Source of the DNA: Escherichia coli
GTDB lineage: Bacteria; Pseudomonadota; Gammaproteobacteria; Enterobacterales; Enterobacteriaceae
Length of the DNA stretch: 64,000 nucleotides
NCBI RefSeq assembly: GCF_001677475.2
Contig: NZ_CP015229.1
Direction: 5' to 3' (one strand)
In this document: positions 41,368-52,703 of the stretch, one piece after another
How the letters are laid out: each line of letters begins with the position of its first letter
How positions within the stretch are numbered: position 1 is the first letter of the stretch
The notes under the pieces: model-generated
Databases searched by the model: none
Seen by the model: the letters and a program-made list of their open reading frames with translations, nothing else
What the model was told of the DNA's origin: nothing
Program-made: the position numbers and the translations under genes

Positions 41368-43487
41368 ATCAGGTGAACGAGAGCCATAGCCGCGCATCCG
41401 ATATCTGGCGCGAAGTGGCCTCGCTGTTTCGCCCACCTGGCCGGTTACCAGTAGCGGAAGCCATCAGGCGTTATATGCGGGTACCACGGGGAGCCAACAC
41501 TTCCGGTCCGTGGGAGTCATCACTGACGCCCTATATGATTGACCCCATTAATACATTATCAGCCCGTGAATATGACGCGGTGGTGTTTGTAGGACCGGCG
41601 CGGACCGGGAAAACCGAAGGGCTGATTGATGGCTGGATTGTGTACGGCATCATCTGTGATCCGGCGGATATGCTGGTGGTGCAGATGACCGAGACCAAGG
41701 CGCGGGAACACTCCAGAACGCGTCTTTCCAGAACGTTTCGTCACAGCCCGGAGGTCAGTAAGCGTCTCAGTCCTTCCCGTAATGACAACAACGTCCACGA
41801 TAAAATGTTTCTTGACGGCTCCTTCCTGAAGATTGGCTGGCCGTCGATCACCGTATTTTCCTCCTCGGATTACCGTCGTGTGGCGCTGACGGATTATGAC
41901 CGTTTCCCTGAAAACGTGGACGGGGAAGGGGATGCCTTCACCCTGGCATCAAAGCGTACCACCACCTTTATGTCTTCCGGGATGACCCTGGTCGAGAGTT
42001 CACCCGGGCGGGATATCACTGACACCAAATGGCGATGTGGCGGCACACATGAGGCACCCCCAACAACGGGGATCCTGTCCCTGTATAACCGGGGAGACCG
42101 CCGTCGGTGGTACTGGCCGTGTCCGCACTGTGGGGAATATTTTCAGCCGGTGATGGATAACATGACCGGTTACCGGAATAACCCTGATTTTGTGGCTGCC
42201 GGGCAGGCGGCCCGCCTGATGTGTCCGCACTGCTGCGGCCTGATTGCTCCGGAACAGAAACGTGAACTGAATAACCAGGGGATCTGGCTTCGTGAAGGTG
42301 AACGGGCGGCGGCGGACGGCAGTATCACCGGAACGCCACGAAATTCCCGGATTGCGTCATTCTGGATGGAGGGGCCGGCTGCGGCGTTTCAGACCTGGGA
42401 ACAACTGATTTTTAAACTGCTGGCGGCAGAAGAAGAGTATGAGCGAACCGGCAGTGAAGAGACCCTGAAAGCGGTGGTGAACACCGATATCGGACGACCC
42501 TATCTGCCCCGTTCAGCCACGGAACAGCGTAAAAGTGAACTGCTTGAACAGCGTGCCGAGCCGTTTCCCCGGCGATCTGTGCCGGATGGTGTGCGTTTTA
42601 TTGAGGCAACGGTTGACGTACAGGGCGGTAAAAATCGCCGTTTTGTTGTGCAGATCACCGGATACGGAGAGCAGGGGGAACGCTGGATTGTTGATCGCTA
42701 CAACATCCGGCATTCACTGCGCTGCAGTCCCAACGGTGAAAGTCTGCCGGTTGATCCGGCGGCATATCCGGAGGACTGGGATTTGTTGCTGACGGATGTG
42801 CTCCATAAAACATGGCCGCTGGCTTCTGATCCGGATGTGCGCATGCGTCTGATGGCCATGGCGGTGGATACGGGAGGGGAAGCCGGGGTGACAGATAACG
42901 CCTATCGTTTCTGGCGTCGTTGCCGGAGTGACGGACTGGGCAACAGGGTGTTTCTGTTCAAGGGGGATGGTCTTCGCCGTGACAGGCTGATTAACCGTAC
43001 CTTCCCGGATAATACCGGCAGAAGTGCCCGCCGTGCCAGAGCCAGTGGCGATGTCGCGCTGTGGCTGGTTCAGACGGATGCGTTTAAGGACCGTGTAAAT
43101 AATGCCCTGTGGCGTGACACACCGGGGCCGAACTATATCCACTTTCCCGACTGGCTGGGGCGGTGGTTTTACGATGAGCTGACCTATGAAGAGCGCGGCA
43201 GTGACGGAAAATGGCGAAAACCGGGCAGGGGCGCTAACGAGGCGTTTGACCTGCTGGTTTATGCGGATGCGCTTGCCGTTCTGCATGGTTACGAAAAGAT
43301 CCGCTGGCCCTCCGCACCGGACTGGGCACAGCGGGAAACGTGGCTCGTCTTCCCGCAGGAGCGTTCTGGTGAAACGGCATCCCCGGAACTGACGGCCGGG
43401 GCAGTAAAACGCCGTCGCCGGAAGAAAAAACTGCGGACGGAGCGTGCGGAAGATAATCCATGGATAACATCAGGAGGCTGGTTGTGA
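41364..43487 (+). CDS. Terminase large subunit (GpA-like)
   Basis: 707-aa ORF with Walker A (VFVGPARTGKTEG). Confidence 0.85.
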   Translation: MNQVNESHSRASDIWREVASLFRPPGRLPVAEAIRRYMRVPRGANTSGPWESSLTPYMIDPINTLSAREYDAVVFVGPARTGKTEGLIDGWIVYGIICDPADMLVVQMTETKAREHSRTRLSRTFRHSPEVSKRLSPSRNDNNVHDKMFLDGSFLKIGWPSITVFSSSDYRRVALTDYDRFPENVDGEGDAFTLASKRTTTFMSSGMTLVESSPGRDITDTKWRCGGTHEAPPTTGILSLYNRGDRRRWYWPCPHCGEYFQPVMDNMTGYRNNPDFVAAGQAARLMCPHCCGLIAPEQKRELNNQGIWLREGERAAADGSITGTPRNSRIASFWMEGPAAAFQTWEQLIFKLLAAEEEYERTGSEETLKAVVNTDIGRPYLPRSATEQRKSELLEQRAEPFPRRSVPDGVRFIEATVDVQGGKNRRFVVQITGYGEQGERWIVDRYNIRHSLRCSPNGESLPVDPAAYPEDWDLLLTDVLHKTWPLASDPDVRMRLMAMAVDTGGEAGVTDNAYRFWRRCRSDGLGNRVFLFKGDGLRRDRLINRTFPDNTGRSARRARASGDVALWLVQTDAFKDRVNNALWRDTPGPNYIHFPDWLGRWFYDELTYEERGSDGKWRKPGRGANEAFDLLVYADALAVLHGYEKIRWPSAPDWAQRETWLVFPQERSGETASPELTAGAVKRRRRKKKLRTERAEDNPWITSGGWL

Positions 43488-43696
43488 GCACAGAAGAAGC
43501 CAGAGAGATGATACAGCGGTACCGTGAAGCGGAAATGGCCGTACTGGAGGGGAAGTCTGTCACCTTCAACGGACAGCAACTGACGCTGGAAAGCCTTTCT
43601 CAGATCCGCGCCGGACGTCAGGAGTGGGAACGCAGGCTTGCCGCGATGGTGAGCCGCAGGCGGGGAAAACCGGGATTTAAACTGGCGAGGTTTTAA
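43460..43696 (+). CDS. Head-tail joining protein (gpW-like)
   Basis: 78-aa ORF between terminase and portal. Assigned by position and size. Confidence 0.5.
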   Translation: MDNIRRLVVSTEEAREMIQRYREAEMAVLEGKSVTFNGQQLTLESLSQIRAGRQEWERRLAAMVSRRRGKPGFKLARF

Positions 43697-45198
43697 TGGC
43701 AATTATTGATGATGTGATAGGCGTGTTCTCTCCAGGCTGGAAAGCGGCCAGACTGCGTTCAAGGGCGTTAATCATGGCCTATGAGGCGGTGAAACCGACC
43801 CGGACACATAAAGCCCGGCGTGAAAATCGATCTGCTGATCAACTCAGTAAATATGGCGCGGTTTCCCTGCGGGAGCAGGCCCGTTTTCTGGATATCAATC
43901 ATGACCTGGTGATTGGTGTGTTTGACAAGCTTGAAGAGCGGGTGATTGGTGCCAGAGGAATTACTGTGGAGCCTCAGCCATTACGAAAAAACGGGGAAAT
44001 GGCGGCAGAGCTGGCTGCGGATATCCGCCGGTTGTGGGCTGAATGGTCCGTGAGTCCGGATGTGACAGGGCAGTATACCCGTCCCGTGCTTGAGCGTTTA
44101 CTGCTGCGGACCTGGCTGCGGGATGGTGAAGTGTTTGCGCAGATGGTCAGCGGTGCGGGAAACGGTCTGGAACGGACGGCGGGAGTGCCATTCTGGCTTG
44201 AAGCGATGGAGCCGGATTTTGTTCCCATGCGCAGTGATGAATCCGCCGGGCTGAATCAGGGGGTTTTTCTTGATGAGTGGGGCAGGCCGAAAAAATATCT
44301 GGTTTATAAAAATTATCCGGTCAGCGGCCGGCAGAGTGATACGAAAGAAATCGCCGCCGGAAAAATGATCCACCTGAAGTTCACTCGTCGTCTGCATCAG
44401 ACGCGAGGCTCATCCATGTTATCGGGGGTGCTGATGCGGATCAGTGCCCTTAAGGAGTATGAGGATGCGGAACTGACAGCGGCGCGTATTGCTGCGGCGC
44501 TGGGACTGTATATCCGTAAAGGTGACGGACAGGACTATGAAGATCCGGGGATCAAAGAAACCGAGCGGGAAGTCCATATCACCCCGGGGATTATTTATGA
44601 CGATTTGCGCAAGGGCGAGGATATCGGCATGGTCAAATCCGATCGTCCCAATCCCAACCTTGAAACTTTCCGCAACGGCCAGTTGCGTGCAGTGGCAGCT
44701 GGCAGTCGTCTGAGTTTTTCCAGTGCGGCGCGTAACTATAACGGCACCTACAGCGCCCAGCGGCAGGAGCTGGTCGAGTCCACGGATGGTTACCTGATCC
44801 TGCAGGACTGTTTTATTGGCGCGGTAACCCGCCCGGTGTACCGGACATGGCTGAATATGGTGGTTGCGGCAGGTCTGCTGAAAATTCCGGCGGATGTGGA
44901 GATGAAGACGCTATATAACGCGACGTATTCCGGTCCGGTGATGCCGTGGATCGACCCGGTTAAGGAGGCTGAAGCCTGGCGGATACAGATCCGGGGGGGT
45001 GCCGCGACGGAATCCGACTGGATCCGCGCAGGCGGGCGCAACCCGGATGAGGTCAAACGTCGCCGTAAGGCTGAAACTGAGGAAAACCGCAGGCTGGGGC
45101 TGGTCTTTGATACTGACCCCGCTAACGACAAAGGAGGCAACAGTGCCGGAACTGAACAACAGCGTCAGCAGGCCACCGACAGCCAGCATGAAGAATAA
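43696..45198 (+). CDS. Portal protein (lambda B-like)
   Basis: 500-aa ORF in portal position with lambda-family portal-like sequence. Confidence 0.8.
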   Translation: MAIIDDVIGVFSPGWKAARLRSRALIMAYEAVKPTRTHKARRENRSADQLSKYGAVSLREQARFLDINHDLVIGVFDKLEERVIGARGITVEPQPLRKNGEMAAELAADIRRLWAEWSVSPDVTGQYTRPVLERLLLRTWLRDGEVFAQMVSGAGNGLERTAGVPFWLEAMEPDFVPMRSDESAGLNQGVFLDEWGRPKKYLVYKNYPVSGRQSDTKEIAAGKMIHLKFTRRLHQTRGSSMLSGVLMRISALKEYEDAELTAARIAAALGLYIRKGDGQDYEDPGIKETEREVHITPGIIYDDLRKGEDIGMVKSDRPNPNLETFRNGQLRAVAAGSRLSFSSAARNYNGTYSAQRQELVESTDGYLILQDCFIGAVTRPVYRTWLNMVVAAGLLKIPADVEMKTLYNATYSGPVMPWIDPVKEAEAWRIQIRGGAATESDWIRAGGRNPDEVKRRRKAETEENRRLGLVFDTDPANDKGGNSAGTEQQRQQATDSQHEE

Positions 45199-47167
45199 AT
45201 CCTGGTTCAGGATGCAGGCGGGTGGTCAGGGTGAGGCGGATATTTATATTTATGATGAGATTGGTTTCTGGGGCGTCACCGCGAAGCAGTTTGTCAGCGA
45301 TATGAATGCCCTGGGTGATATCACCCACATTAATCTCCACATCAACTCACCGGGTGGCGATGTCTTTGAAGGCATCGCCATTTTTAATGCCCTGAAAAAT
45401 CACGGTGCGGCCATTACCGTGTATGTGGATGGCGTTGCCGCCTCGATGGCATCCCTGATTGCGATGGCCGGTGACACGGTCATTATGCCGGAAAATGCCT
45501 TCATGATGATCCATAAACCCTGGGGGATCAGCGGTGGTGATGCGGAGAAAATGCGCACTTATGCCGAACGTCTGGACAAACTTGAGTCGGTTATGGTGCC
45601 GGTATATGCGCAGAAAACCGGAAAAACCACCGATGAAATTTCCGCCATGCTGGCGGATGAGACCTGGATGTCCGGTGCCGAGTGTCTGGCACACGGATTT
45701 GCTGACCAGGTGACGCCAGCCGTTAAGGCAATGGCATGTATTCAGTCAAAACGTACAGAGGAATTTAAAAAGATGCCGGAATCCATCCGAAATATGATCA
45801 CGCAGCCACACAACAGTGCCCCGCGTGATACCACAGTGACAATCCCTGCACCGGCGGTAACAGAACCATCACCGGTACCGGCAGTGTCTGATGAGGCGAC
45901 CATTCGCGCCCGCGTTATGGCTGAGCAGAAAGCCCGCATGTCAGGCATTAACGATCTGTTTGCCATGTTTGGCGGGCGCTATCAGGCGCTTCAGGCGCAG
46001 TGTGTGGCCGATCCTGACTGTTCGCTGGAAATGGCCCGCGAGCGCCTTCTGAATGAAATGGGCAAGGAGTCCTCGCCGACCAACAAAAACACACCGGCCC
46101 ATATTTATGCCGGAAACGGCAATTTTGTGGGAGACGGGATCCGCCAGGCGATGCTGGCCCGTGCCGGATTTGAAAATGTCGAGAAGGATAATGTCTATAA
46201 CGGGATGACCCTGCGTGAATGGGCTCGCATGTCACTGACCGAGCGTGGTATTGGGGTGGCCAGTTATAACCCCATGCAGATGGTCGGGCTGGCGCTGACG
46301 CACAGCACCTCTGATTTTGGCAATATTCTGCTGGATGTGTCGAACAAGGGGCTGATCCAGGGCTGGGAGGAATCAGAAGAAACCTTCCAGAAGTGGACCC
46401 GTAAGGGACGCCTGTCAGACTTCAAAACAGCGTATCGCGTGGGGATGGGCGGTTTTGGTTCTCTGCGTCAGGTTCGTGAAGGGGCGGAGTATAAATACAT
46501 CACCACCTCAGATCGCAAGGAGACCATTGCTCTGGCCACTTACGGGGAGATTTTCTCCATCACCCGCCAGGCCATTATCAATGATGACCTGAATATGCTG
46601 GTTGACGTGCCGATGAAGATGGGGCGTGCGGCGAAGGCAACGATTGGTGACCTGGTCTACAAGGTGTTGACGGATAACCCGAAACTGTCAGACGGTAAGG
46701 CGCTGTTCCATGCCGATCACAAAAATATTGCCACCGGCGGGATCTCCGTTTCCGGACTGGATGCGGCCCGTCAGATGATGCGCCTGCAGAAAGAAGGCGA
46801 TCGCGCCCTGAATATCCGTCCGTCCTTTATGCTGGTACCGGTGGCACTGGAGACGGTGGCGAACCAGACCATCAAATCGGCCAGTGTGAAAGGGGCGGAT
46901 GCAAACGCCGGTGTCATTAACCCTATCCAGAACTTTGCTGAGGTGATTGCGGAAGCGCGTCTTGATGCGGCAGATCCGAAAACCTGGTATCTGGCGGCGG
47001 CACAGGGCACCGACACCATTGAAGTGGCCTGGCTGGATGGTGTGGACACGCCATACATTGATCAGCAGGAAGGTTTCACCACTGACGGTATTGCCACAAA
47101 AATCCGTATTGATGCCGGTGTGGCACCACTTGACTGGCGCGGACTGGTGCGTTCGTCGGTGGCCTGA
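45188..47167 (+). CDS. Fused prohead protease (ClpP/S49-like) and major capsid protein
   Basis: ORF 44999..47167; start at MKNKSW inferred. N-terminal ClpP-like motifs (INSPGGDVFEGIAIFNAL, ASMASLIAMAGD); C-terminal ~400 aa capsid-like. Confidence 0.75.
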   Translation: MKNKSWFRMQAGGQGEADIYIYDEIGFWGVTAKQFVSDMNALGDITHINLHINSPGGDVFEGIAIFNALKNHGAAITVYVDGVAASMASLIAMAGDTVIMPENAFMMIHKPWGISGGDAEKMRTYAERLDKLESVMVPVYAQKTGKTTDEISAMLADETWMSGAECLAHGFADQVTPAVKAMACIQSKRTEEFKKMPESIRNMITQPHNSAPRDTTVTIPAPAVTEPSPVPAVSDEATIRARVMAEQKARMSGINDLFAMFGGRYQALQAQCVADPDCSLEMARERLLNEMGKESSPTNKNTPAHIYAGNGNFVGDGIRQAMLARAGFENVEKDNVYNGMTLREWARMSLTERGIGVASYNPMQMVGLALTHSTSDFGNILLDVSNKGLIQGWEESEETFQKWTRKGRLSDFKTAYRVGMGGFGSLRQVREGAEYKYITTSDRKETIALATYGEIFSITRQAIINDDLNMLVDVPMKMGRAAKATIGDLVYKVLTDNPKLSDGKALFHADHKNIATGGISVSGLDAARQMMRLQKEGDRALNIRPSFMLVPVALETVANQTIKSASVKGADANAGVINPIQNFAEVIAEARLDAADPKTWYLAAAQGTDTIEVAWLDGVDTPYIDQQEGFTTDGIATKIRIDAGVAPLDWRGLVRSSVA

Positions 47168-47253
47168 TAACCGCGTTATCACAATCACTGCCCGAAAGGG
47201 CTTTTTTTATGCCTGAAAACAGCCCCCCGGGGGCTGTCCGGAGAGACAGCATT

Positions 47254-47580
47254 ATGGCTAAAAATTTTGTACAGGACGGCACCACCATTGAGCTGGTGAA
47301 TGCCGGGGATCAGACCATTCTGAGCGGTGCCGCTGTGGTGGTTGGCAGCATGGTGGCAGTGACCATTACCGATATTCCTGCCGGGGAGACCGGTGACGGG
47401 TTCGCCGAAGGCGTGTTCCTGCTGCCCAAACAGTCTGCCGACGATATTCAGGCCGGTGTGGCGGTTTATCTGAAGGACGGGACTGTGCAGCCTGCCGCAG
47501 ACGGTGCAGTGGCGGCGGGAATGGCATGGGAGCATGCGCCGTCAGGCACCACCACGGTGGCGGTTAAAATCAATGCCTGA
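47254..47580 (+). CDS. DUF2190-like head protein
   Basis: ORF 47209..47580; start at MAKNF inferred; Gly/Ala/Val-rich small protein after the capsid gene. Confidence 0.4.
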   Translation: MAKNFVQDGTTIELVNAGDQTILSGAAVVVGSMVAVTITDIPAGETGDGFAEGVFLLPKQSADDIQAGVAVYLKDGTVQPAADGAVAAGMAWEHAPSGTTTVAVKINA

Positions 47581-47854
47581 TCTGTTTGCGCGAATGTGCA
47601 GCCGGATGGACCTGGCGACCGTACGCATGATGGGGAAAACGGCGGAGATTAACGGCGTAGTGTATGACGTGATACCGGAGTATGAGTCTGCGGATATGGG
47701 GGCGCTTTCCGGCAGTCAGTTGTCACTGGTGGTGTTTTCAGCGCAGTACCGGCCGGCCCGCGATGATGTGGTTGTGTTTGACGGTCGCTCACTGGTGGTG
47801 ACCCGTTATGACACGTACAACGGTAATCCCCGGATTTTTGTCGAACAGGAATAA
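47573..47854 (+). CDS. Head-tail connector protein (FII-like)
   Basis: ORF 47504..47854; start at MPDLFARM inferred; position upstream of Z. Confidence 0.5.
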   Translation: MPDLFARMCSRMDLATVRMMGKTAEINGVVYDVIPEYESADMGALSGSQLSLVVFSAQYRPARDDVVVFDGRSLVVTRYDTYNGNPRIFVEQE

Positions 47855-47856
47855 GT

Positions 47857-48480
47857 ATGGCGATAAAAGGTCTGGCGCAGGCCATGAAAAATCTGGATGC
47901 GATTAACCGCCGTGCCGTTCCCCGGGCTGCCGCCACGACGCTTAATCGTGTGGCGGAGTCCATCATCGCGAAAACGGCCTCTTCGGTTGCCCGGGAGCTG
48001 GCGGTCCCACGCCGTCTCATCCGTGAGCGTATCCGCCTGCAACGGGCCAGCGCAGACAGGGTTTATGCGAAGGTCATCATCAACACCGGTAATCTGCCCG
48101 TCATAAAACTGGGGACGGCCAGCGTGCGGCTTTCCCGCAGAAAGCGGCGAAAGAAAGGTGAGCGTTCGGTCACGAAAGGCGGTGGCAGTGTGCTGATTGT
48201 CGGGAAACGGCGGATCCCGAATGCTTTTATTACCCGGCTGGAAAATGGCCGGTGGCATGTGATGCAGCGTATGCCGTGGGCATCATCGTCCACCGGCGCG
48301 GACAGCAAAGGGAGGCCGAAACGCCACCGTCTGCCGATCGAAGTGGTGAAAATACCGACGGCCAGACCGCTGGCGGAAACCTTTGAGCGCGAACGTGACC
48401 GGATGTACCGGGAGAAATTACCGGAACAGATGATGAAAGCCATGACGCATCAGTTACGCCTGGTGCTGAAAAGAAAATGA
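47857..48480 (+). CDS. Z: Minor tail protein Z
   Basis: 207-aa ORF strongly resembling recalled lambda Z (MAIKGL..., DLPVIKLG, KGGGSVL, NGRWHVMQR). Confidence 0.85.
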   Translation: MAIKGLAQAMKNLDAINRRAVPRAAATTLNRVAESIIAKTASSVARELAVPRRLIRERIRLQRASADRVYAKVIINTGNLPVIKLGTASVRLSRRKRRKKGERSVTKGGGSVLIVGKRRIPNAFITRLENGRWHVMQRMPWASSSTGADSKGRPKRHRLPIEVVKIPTARPLAETFERERDRMYREKLPEQMMKAMTHQLRLVLKRK

Positions 48481-48492
48481 CAGGGAGGGTGT

Positions 48493-48891
48493 ATGAAACA
48501 CCGTGAAATACGGGCGGCAGTTCTGTCTGCCCTGAAAGAAAATATTTCTGAGCGGGTGAGCTGGTTTGACGGCCGCCCGGTTTTTATTGATGAACAGGAA
48601 CTACCTGCTGTTGCTGTTTACCTGACTGATGCGTCTGCTGCTGACGAGTTCGTTGATGAGGGGACCTGGGAGGCGACACTGCATATTGAAGTTTTTCTCA
48701 GGGCAAAAGAACCGGACTCGGCACTGGATATGTGGATGGAAGAGAAAATCCTTCCTGCGCTGGAGGCGGTTCCCGGCCTCAGTGCGTTACTGCTGAAGAT
48801 GAATCTTCAGGGGTATGACTACCGCCGGGATGATGAGTTTATGATGTGGGGATCGGCAGATCTCCTGTGGAAAATTACCTACGAGATGTGA
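48493..48891 (+). CDS. U: Tail terminator protein U
   Basis: 132-aa ORF resembling lambda U ([28 protein letters not shown]...ITYEM). Confidence 0.85.
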   Translation: MKHREIRAAVLSALKENISERVSWFDGRPVFIDEQELPAVAVYLTDASAADEFVDEGTWEATLHIEVFLRAKEPDSALDMWMEEKILPALEAVPGLSALLLKMNLQGYDYRRDDEFMMWGSADLLWKITYEM

Positions 48892-48898
48892 GGACGAT

Positions 48899-49648
48899 AT
48901 GGCAATACCAAATCCTCTTGAGCCGGTGAAAGGTTCCGGCACCACACTATGGGTGTACACCGGCACTGGTGATGCTTATGCCAACCCGTTGTCAGACGAT
49001 GAGTGGACGCGCCTGGCAAAAATAAAGGATCTGACCCCCGGCGAGATGACGGCAGAATCCTACGATGATAACTATCTGGATGATGAGGATGCTGACTGGG
49101 TATCCACCGGGCAGGGGCAGAAATCTGCCGGTGACACCAGTTTTACGCTGGCCTGGAAGCCGGGCGAGAAAGGGCAGCGCGATTTGATCGCCTGGTTTGA
49201 CAGCAGTGAGACCCGGGCCTACAAAATCCGTTTCCCGAACGGCACGGTGGATGTGTTCCGTGGCTGGGTGAGCGCCATTGGTAAAGCGGTGACCGCCAGA
49301 GAGGTGATCACCCGTACCGTTAAGATCACCAATATCGGCCGTCCGTCGCTGGCGGAAGATCAGGGGGACATCACACCGGTCACCGGTATTACCGTGACGC
49401 CACCAACGGGCAATGTGGCAAAAGGTCAGAATATCACCCTGACCGTGGCTGTTCAGCCGGAAGGGGCGACGGATAAAACCTTCCGCGCCACGTCGGCGAA
49501 TCAGAATTTTGCGACCATTACTGTGAAAGGGAACACGATCACGGTGAAAGGTATTGCGGCAGGTAAAGCGCAGATCCCTGTTGTCACCGGCAATGGTGAG
49601 TTTGCGGCGGTGGCGGAGATCACCGTCACGGATGGCGCTTCAGGCTGA
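48899..49648 (+). CDS. V: Major tail protein V with C-terminal Ig-like domain
   Basis: 249-aa ORF resembling lambda V; C-terminal Big_2-like repeat. Confidence 0.85.
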   Translation: MAIPNPLEPVKGSGTTLWVYTGTGDAYANPLSDDEWTRLAKIKDLTPGEMTAESYDDNYLDDEDADWVSTGQGQKSAGDTSFTLAWKPGEKGQRDLIAWFDSSETRAYKIRFPNGTVDVFRGWVSAIGKAVTAREVITRTVKITNIGRPSLAEDQGDITPVTGITVTPPTGNVAKGQNITLTVAVQPEGATDKTFRATSANQNFATITVKGNTITVKGIAAGKAQIPVVTGNGEFAAVAEITVTDGASG

Positions 49649-49663
49649 GAGGGGAGATAAAGC

Positions 49664-50095
49664 ATGTTTCTGAAAACAGAACAATTTGAATATAACGGTG
49701 TGTCTGTCACGCTTTCTGAGCTGTCTGCGCTGCAGCGTATTGAGCATCTTGCCCTCCTGAAACGGCGGGCAGAAGAGGCTGAAGTCAGCGGCAACCTGCA
49801 GGTGAGCGTGGAAGACCTTGTCAGAACCGGGGCGTTTCTGGTGGCGATGTCCCTGTGGCATAACCATCCACAGAAAACGCAGTCACCGTCAATGAATGAG
49901 GCCGTGATGAAGATAGAGCAGGAAGTGCTCACCACCTGGCCTGCCGATGCCGTTGCCCGGGCGGAAGAAGTGGTGTTGTGCCTGTCCGGGATGAGTGAGC
50001 CTGTTCATGTGGATACGGATATCACCGAAGTGGCGAAAAATAATGCGCTTACTGATGATGATTTTTCTGCGGGAAAGTCTTCGACGGCGAGCTGA
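49664..50095 (+). CDS. G: Tail assembly chaperone G
   Basis: 143-aa ORF resembling lambda G (MFLKTE.FE.NGV.VTLSELSALQRIEHLAL). Confidence 0.85.
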   Translation: MFLKTEQFEYNGVSVTLSELSALQRIEHLALLKRRAEEAEVSGNLQVSVEDLVRTGAFLVAMSLWHNHPQKTQSPSMNEAVMKIEQEVLTTWPADAVARAEEVVLCLSGMSEPVHVDTDITEVAKNNALTDDDFSAGKSSTAS

Positions 50096-50526
50096 ATTTT
50101 GCCCTCAGACTGGCGCGTGAGATGGGGAGGCCTGACTGGCGCACCATGCTTGCCGGGATGACATCCACCGAATATGCCGACTGGCACCGTTTTTACCGCA
50201 CGCATTATTTTCACGATACCCAGCTGGATATGCATTTTTCCGGGCTGACGTACACCGTACTCAGCCTGTTTTTTTGCGATCCGGATATGCATCCGGCGGA
50301 TTTCAGTCTGCTTGCACCCCGACGTGATGATGAGCAGACGGAGATGCCGGATGAGGACGATATGCTGATGCGGAAAGCGGCAGGACTTTCTGGTGGTGTC
50401 CGCTTTGGGGCTGACGGGAAGGAAATCGTTACGGTCAGTGATGACATGCGGAGCAGTACAGAGGATGAAGCCATGCTGATGATGGTGTCTGAGGGAATTC
50501 CAGGAGGTGTACGCTATGGCGGGTAA
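49664..50526 (+). CDS. T: Tail assembly chaperone G-T fusion via -1 programmed frameshift
   Basis: ORF 50122..50526 is in the -1 frame relative to G; slippery heptamer G GGA AAG at 50071-50077 sits in the lambda-type zero-frame register. Confidence 0.6.
50071..50077 (+). promoter_or_regulatory. -1 programmed ribosomal frameshift slippery site (GGGAAAG) for G-T
   Basis: Seen in sequence; canonical lambda G-T slippery heptamer near the 3' end of G. Confidence 0.6.
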
Positions 50527-52615
50527 TTTTGCCGATCTGACAGCTGTTCTTACACTGGATTCAACCCGTTTTTCTGAAGAGGCTGCACGGGTAAAGAAAG
50601 AACTGGGTGAAACCAGTGACCTTGCGGATTTGATGGCCGGGCGTGTCAGCCAGTCTTTTAAGAAACAGGCCACTGCCGTTGAACAGGGGCTGAGCCGTCA
50701 GGCGCTGGCTGCACAAAAAGCCGGGATTTCCGTCGGGCAGTATAAAGCGGCCATGCGTACCCTGCCTGCACAGTTTACGGATATCGCCACGCAGCTTGCC
50801 GGTGGTCAGAATCCCTGGCTGATCCTGCTGCAACAGGGCGGTCAGGTGAAGGACGCCTTCGGCGGGATGATCCCCATGTTCAGGGGGCTTGCCGGTGCGA
50901 TCACCCTGCCGATGGTCGGGGTCACCTCGCTGGCGGTGGCGACAGGTGCGCTGGCGTATGCCTGGTACCAGGGGGATTCCACGCTTTCAGCGTTTAATAA
51001 AACCCTGGTTCTTTCCGGTAATCAGTCCGGACTGACTGCCGATCGCATGCTGACGCTCTCCAGAGCCGGACAGGCAGCAGGGCTGACGTTTAACCAGGCG
51101 AGTGAGTCACTGGCAGCCCTGGTGAATGCCGGTGTGCGTGGTGGTGAACAGTTTGATGCCATCAACCAGAGTGTGGCGCGTTTTGCTTCTGCATCCGGTG
51201 TGGAAGTGGACAAGGTTGCAGAGGCTTTTGGAAAGCTGACCACCGACCCGACGTCGGGACTGATGGCTATGGCGCGCCAGTTCCGTAACGTGACGGCAGA
51301 GCAGATTGCGTATGTTGCGCAGCTGCAGCGTTCGGGGGATGAGGCAGGGGCCTTACAGGCGGCGAACGATATCGCCACAAAAGGCTTTGATGAGCAGACC
51401 CGTCGCCTGAAAGAAAACATGGGGACGCTGGAAACCTGGGCGGATAAAACCGGGAAGGCATTCAAATTGATGTGGGATGCCATCCTGGATATCGGTCGTC
51501 CTGAATCCTCAGCGGATATGCTCGCCAGTGCGCAGAAGGCATTTGATGAGGCGGATAAAAAATGGCAGTGGTACCAGAGCCGGAGTCAGCGTCGGGGAAA
51601 GACCTCCTCTTTCCGTGCCAACCTTCAGGGTGCATGGGATGACCGTGAAAATGCCCGTCTGGGGCTGGCGGCAGCCACGCTGCAGTCGGATATGGAAAAA
51701 GCCGGTGAACTGGCGGCAAGGGACCGGGCTGAGCGTGAGGCGTCACAGCTGAAGTATACCGGAGAGGCGCAGAAGGCGTATGAGCGCCTGCTGACGCCAC
51801 TGGAGAAATATACTGACCGGCAGGAAGAGCTGAATAAGGCCCTGAAAGACGGGAAAATCCTGCAGGCGGATTACAACACGCTGATGGCGGCGGCGAAAAA
51901 GGATTATGAATCGACGCTGAAAAAACCGAAGTCGTCAGGTGTCAAAGTGTCAGCCGGGGAGCGTCAGGAAGACCGGGCGCATGCAGCCATGCTGGCGCTT
52001 GAAACTGAGCTCAGGACGCTGGAGAAGCATGCCGGTGCGAATGAGAAAATCAGCCAGCAGCGCCGGGATTTGTGGAAGGCGGAGAGTCAGTTCGCGGTAC
52101 TGGAGGAGGCGGCGCAACGTCGCCGGCTGTCTGCACAGGAGAAATCCCTGCTGGCGCATAAAGACGAGACGCTGGAGTACAAACGCCAGCTGGCTGACCT
52201 GGGCGACAAGGTTGAACATCAGAAACGGCTGAATGAGCTGGCACAGCAGGCGGCGCGGTTTGAACAGCAGCAGAGCGCGAAGCAGGCCGCCATCAGCGCA
52301 AAAGCCCGCGGCCTCACCGACCGTCAGGCGCAGCGGGAGTCGGAAGAGCAGCGCCTTCGTGACGTGTACGGTGATAATCCGGATGCGCTGGCGAAGGCCA
52401 CATCTGCACTGAAGAACACCTGGTCTGCGGAGGAGCAGCTTCGTGGAAGCTGGATGGCCGGGCTGAAATCCGGCTGGGGTGAGTGGGCGGAAAGTGCCAT
52501 GGACAGTTTTTCGCAGGTTAAAAGCGCGGCCACGCAGACCGTTGACGGTATTGCACAGAATATGGCGGCGATGCTGACCGGCAGTGAACAGAACTGGCGC
52601 AGCTTCACCCTATGA
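50516..52615 (+). pseudogene. H: Tape-measure protein H, N-terminal ~700 codons (interrupted by IS21-family element)
   Basis: ORF 50507..52615 ends FTL* exactly at the IS left terminus; the H frame resumes after the IS. Confidence 0.8.
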
Positions 52616-52703
52616 GACGACAATAACTCAGTCCGCCTGGCGCCGATTATTCTGGCCGGTTTTGTAACCTGAGTGTCATTTACATGATCCAACAGGAAAT
52701 GGC

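Noticed and set aside
47076-48443. Minus-strand ORFs (47185..47535, 47806..48258, 48063..48443) in the head-tail region
   Set aside because: All overlap well-supported + strand structural genes (DUF2190-like, FII, Z) in a unidirectional late operon; shadow ORFs.
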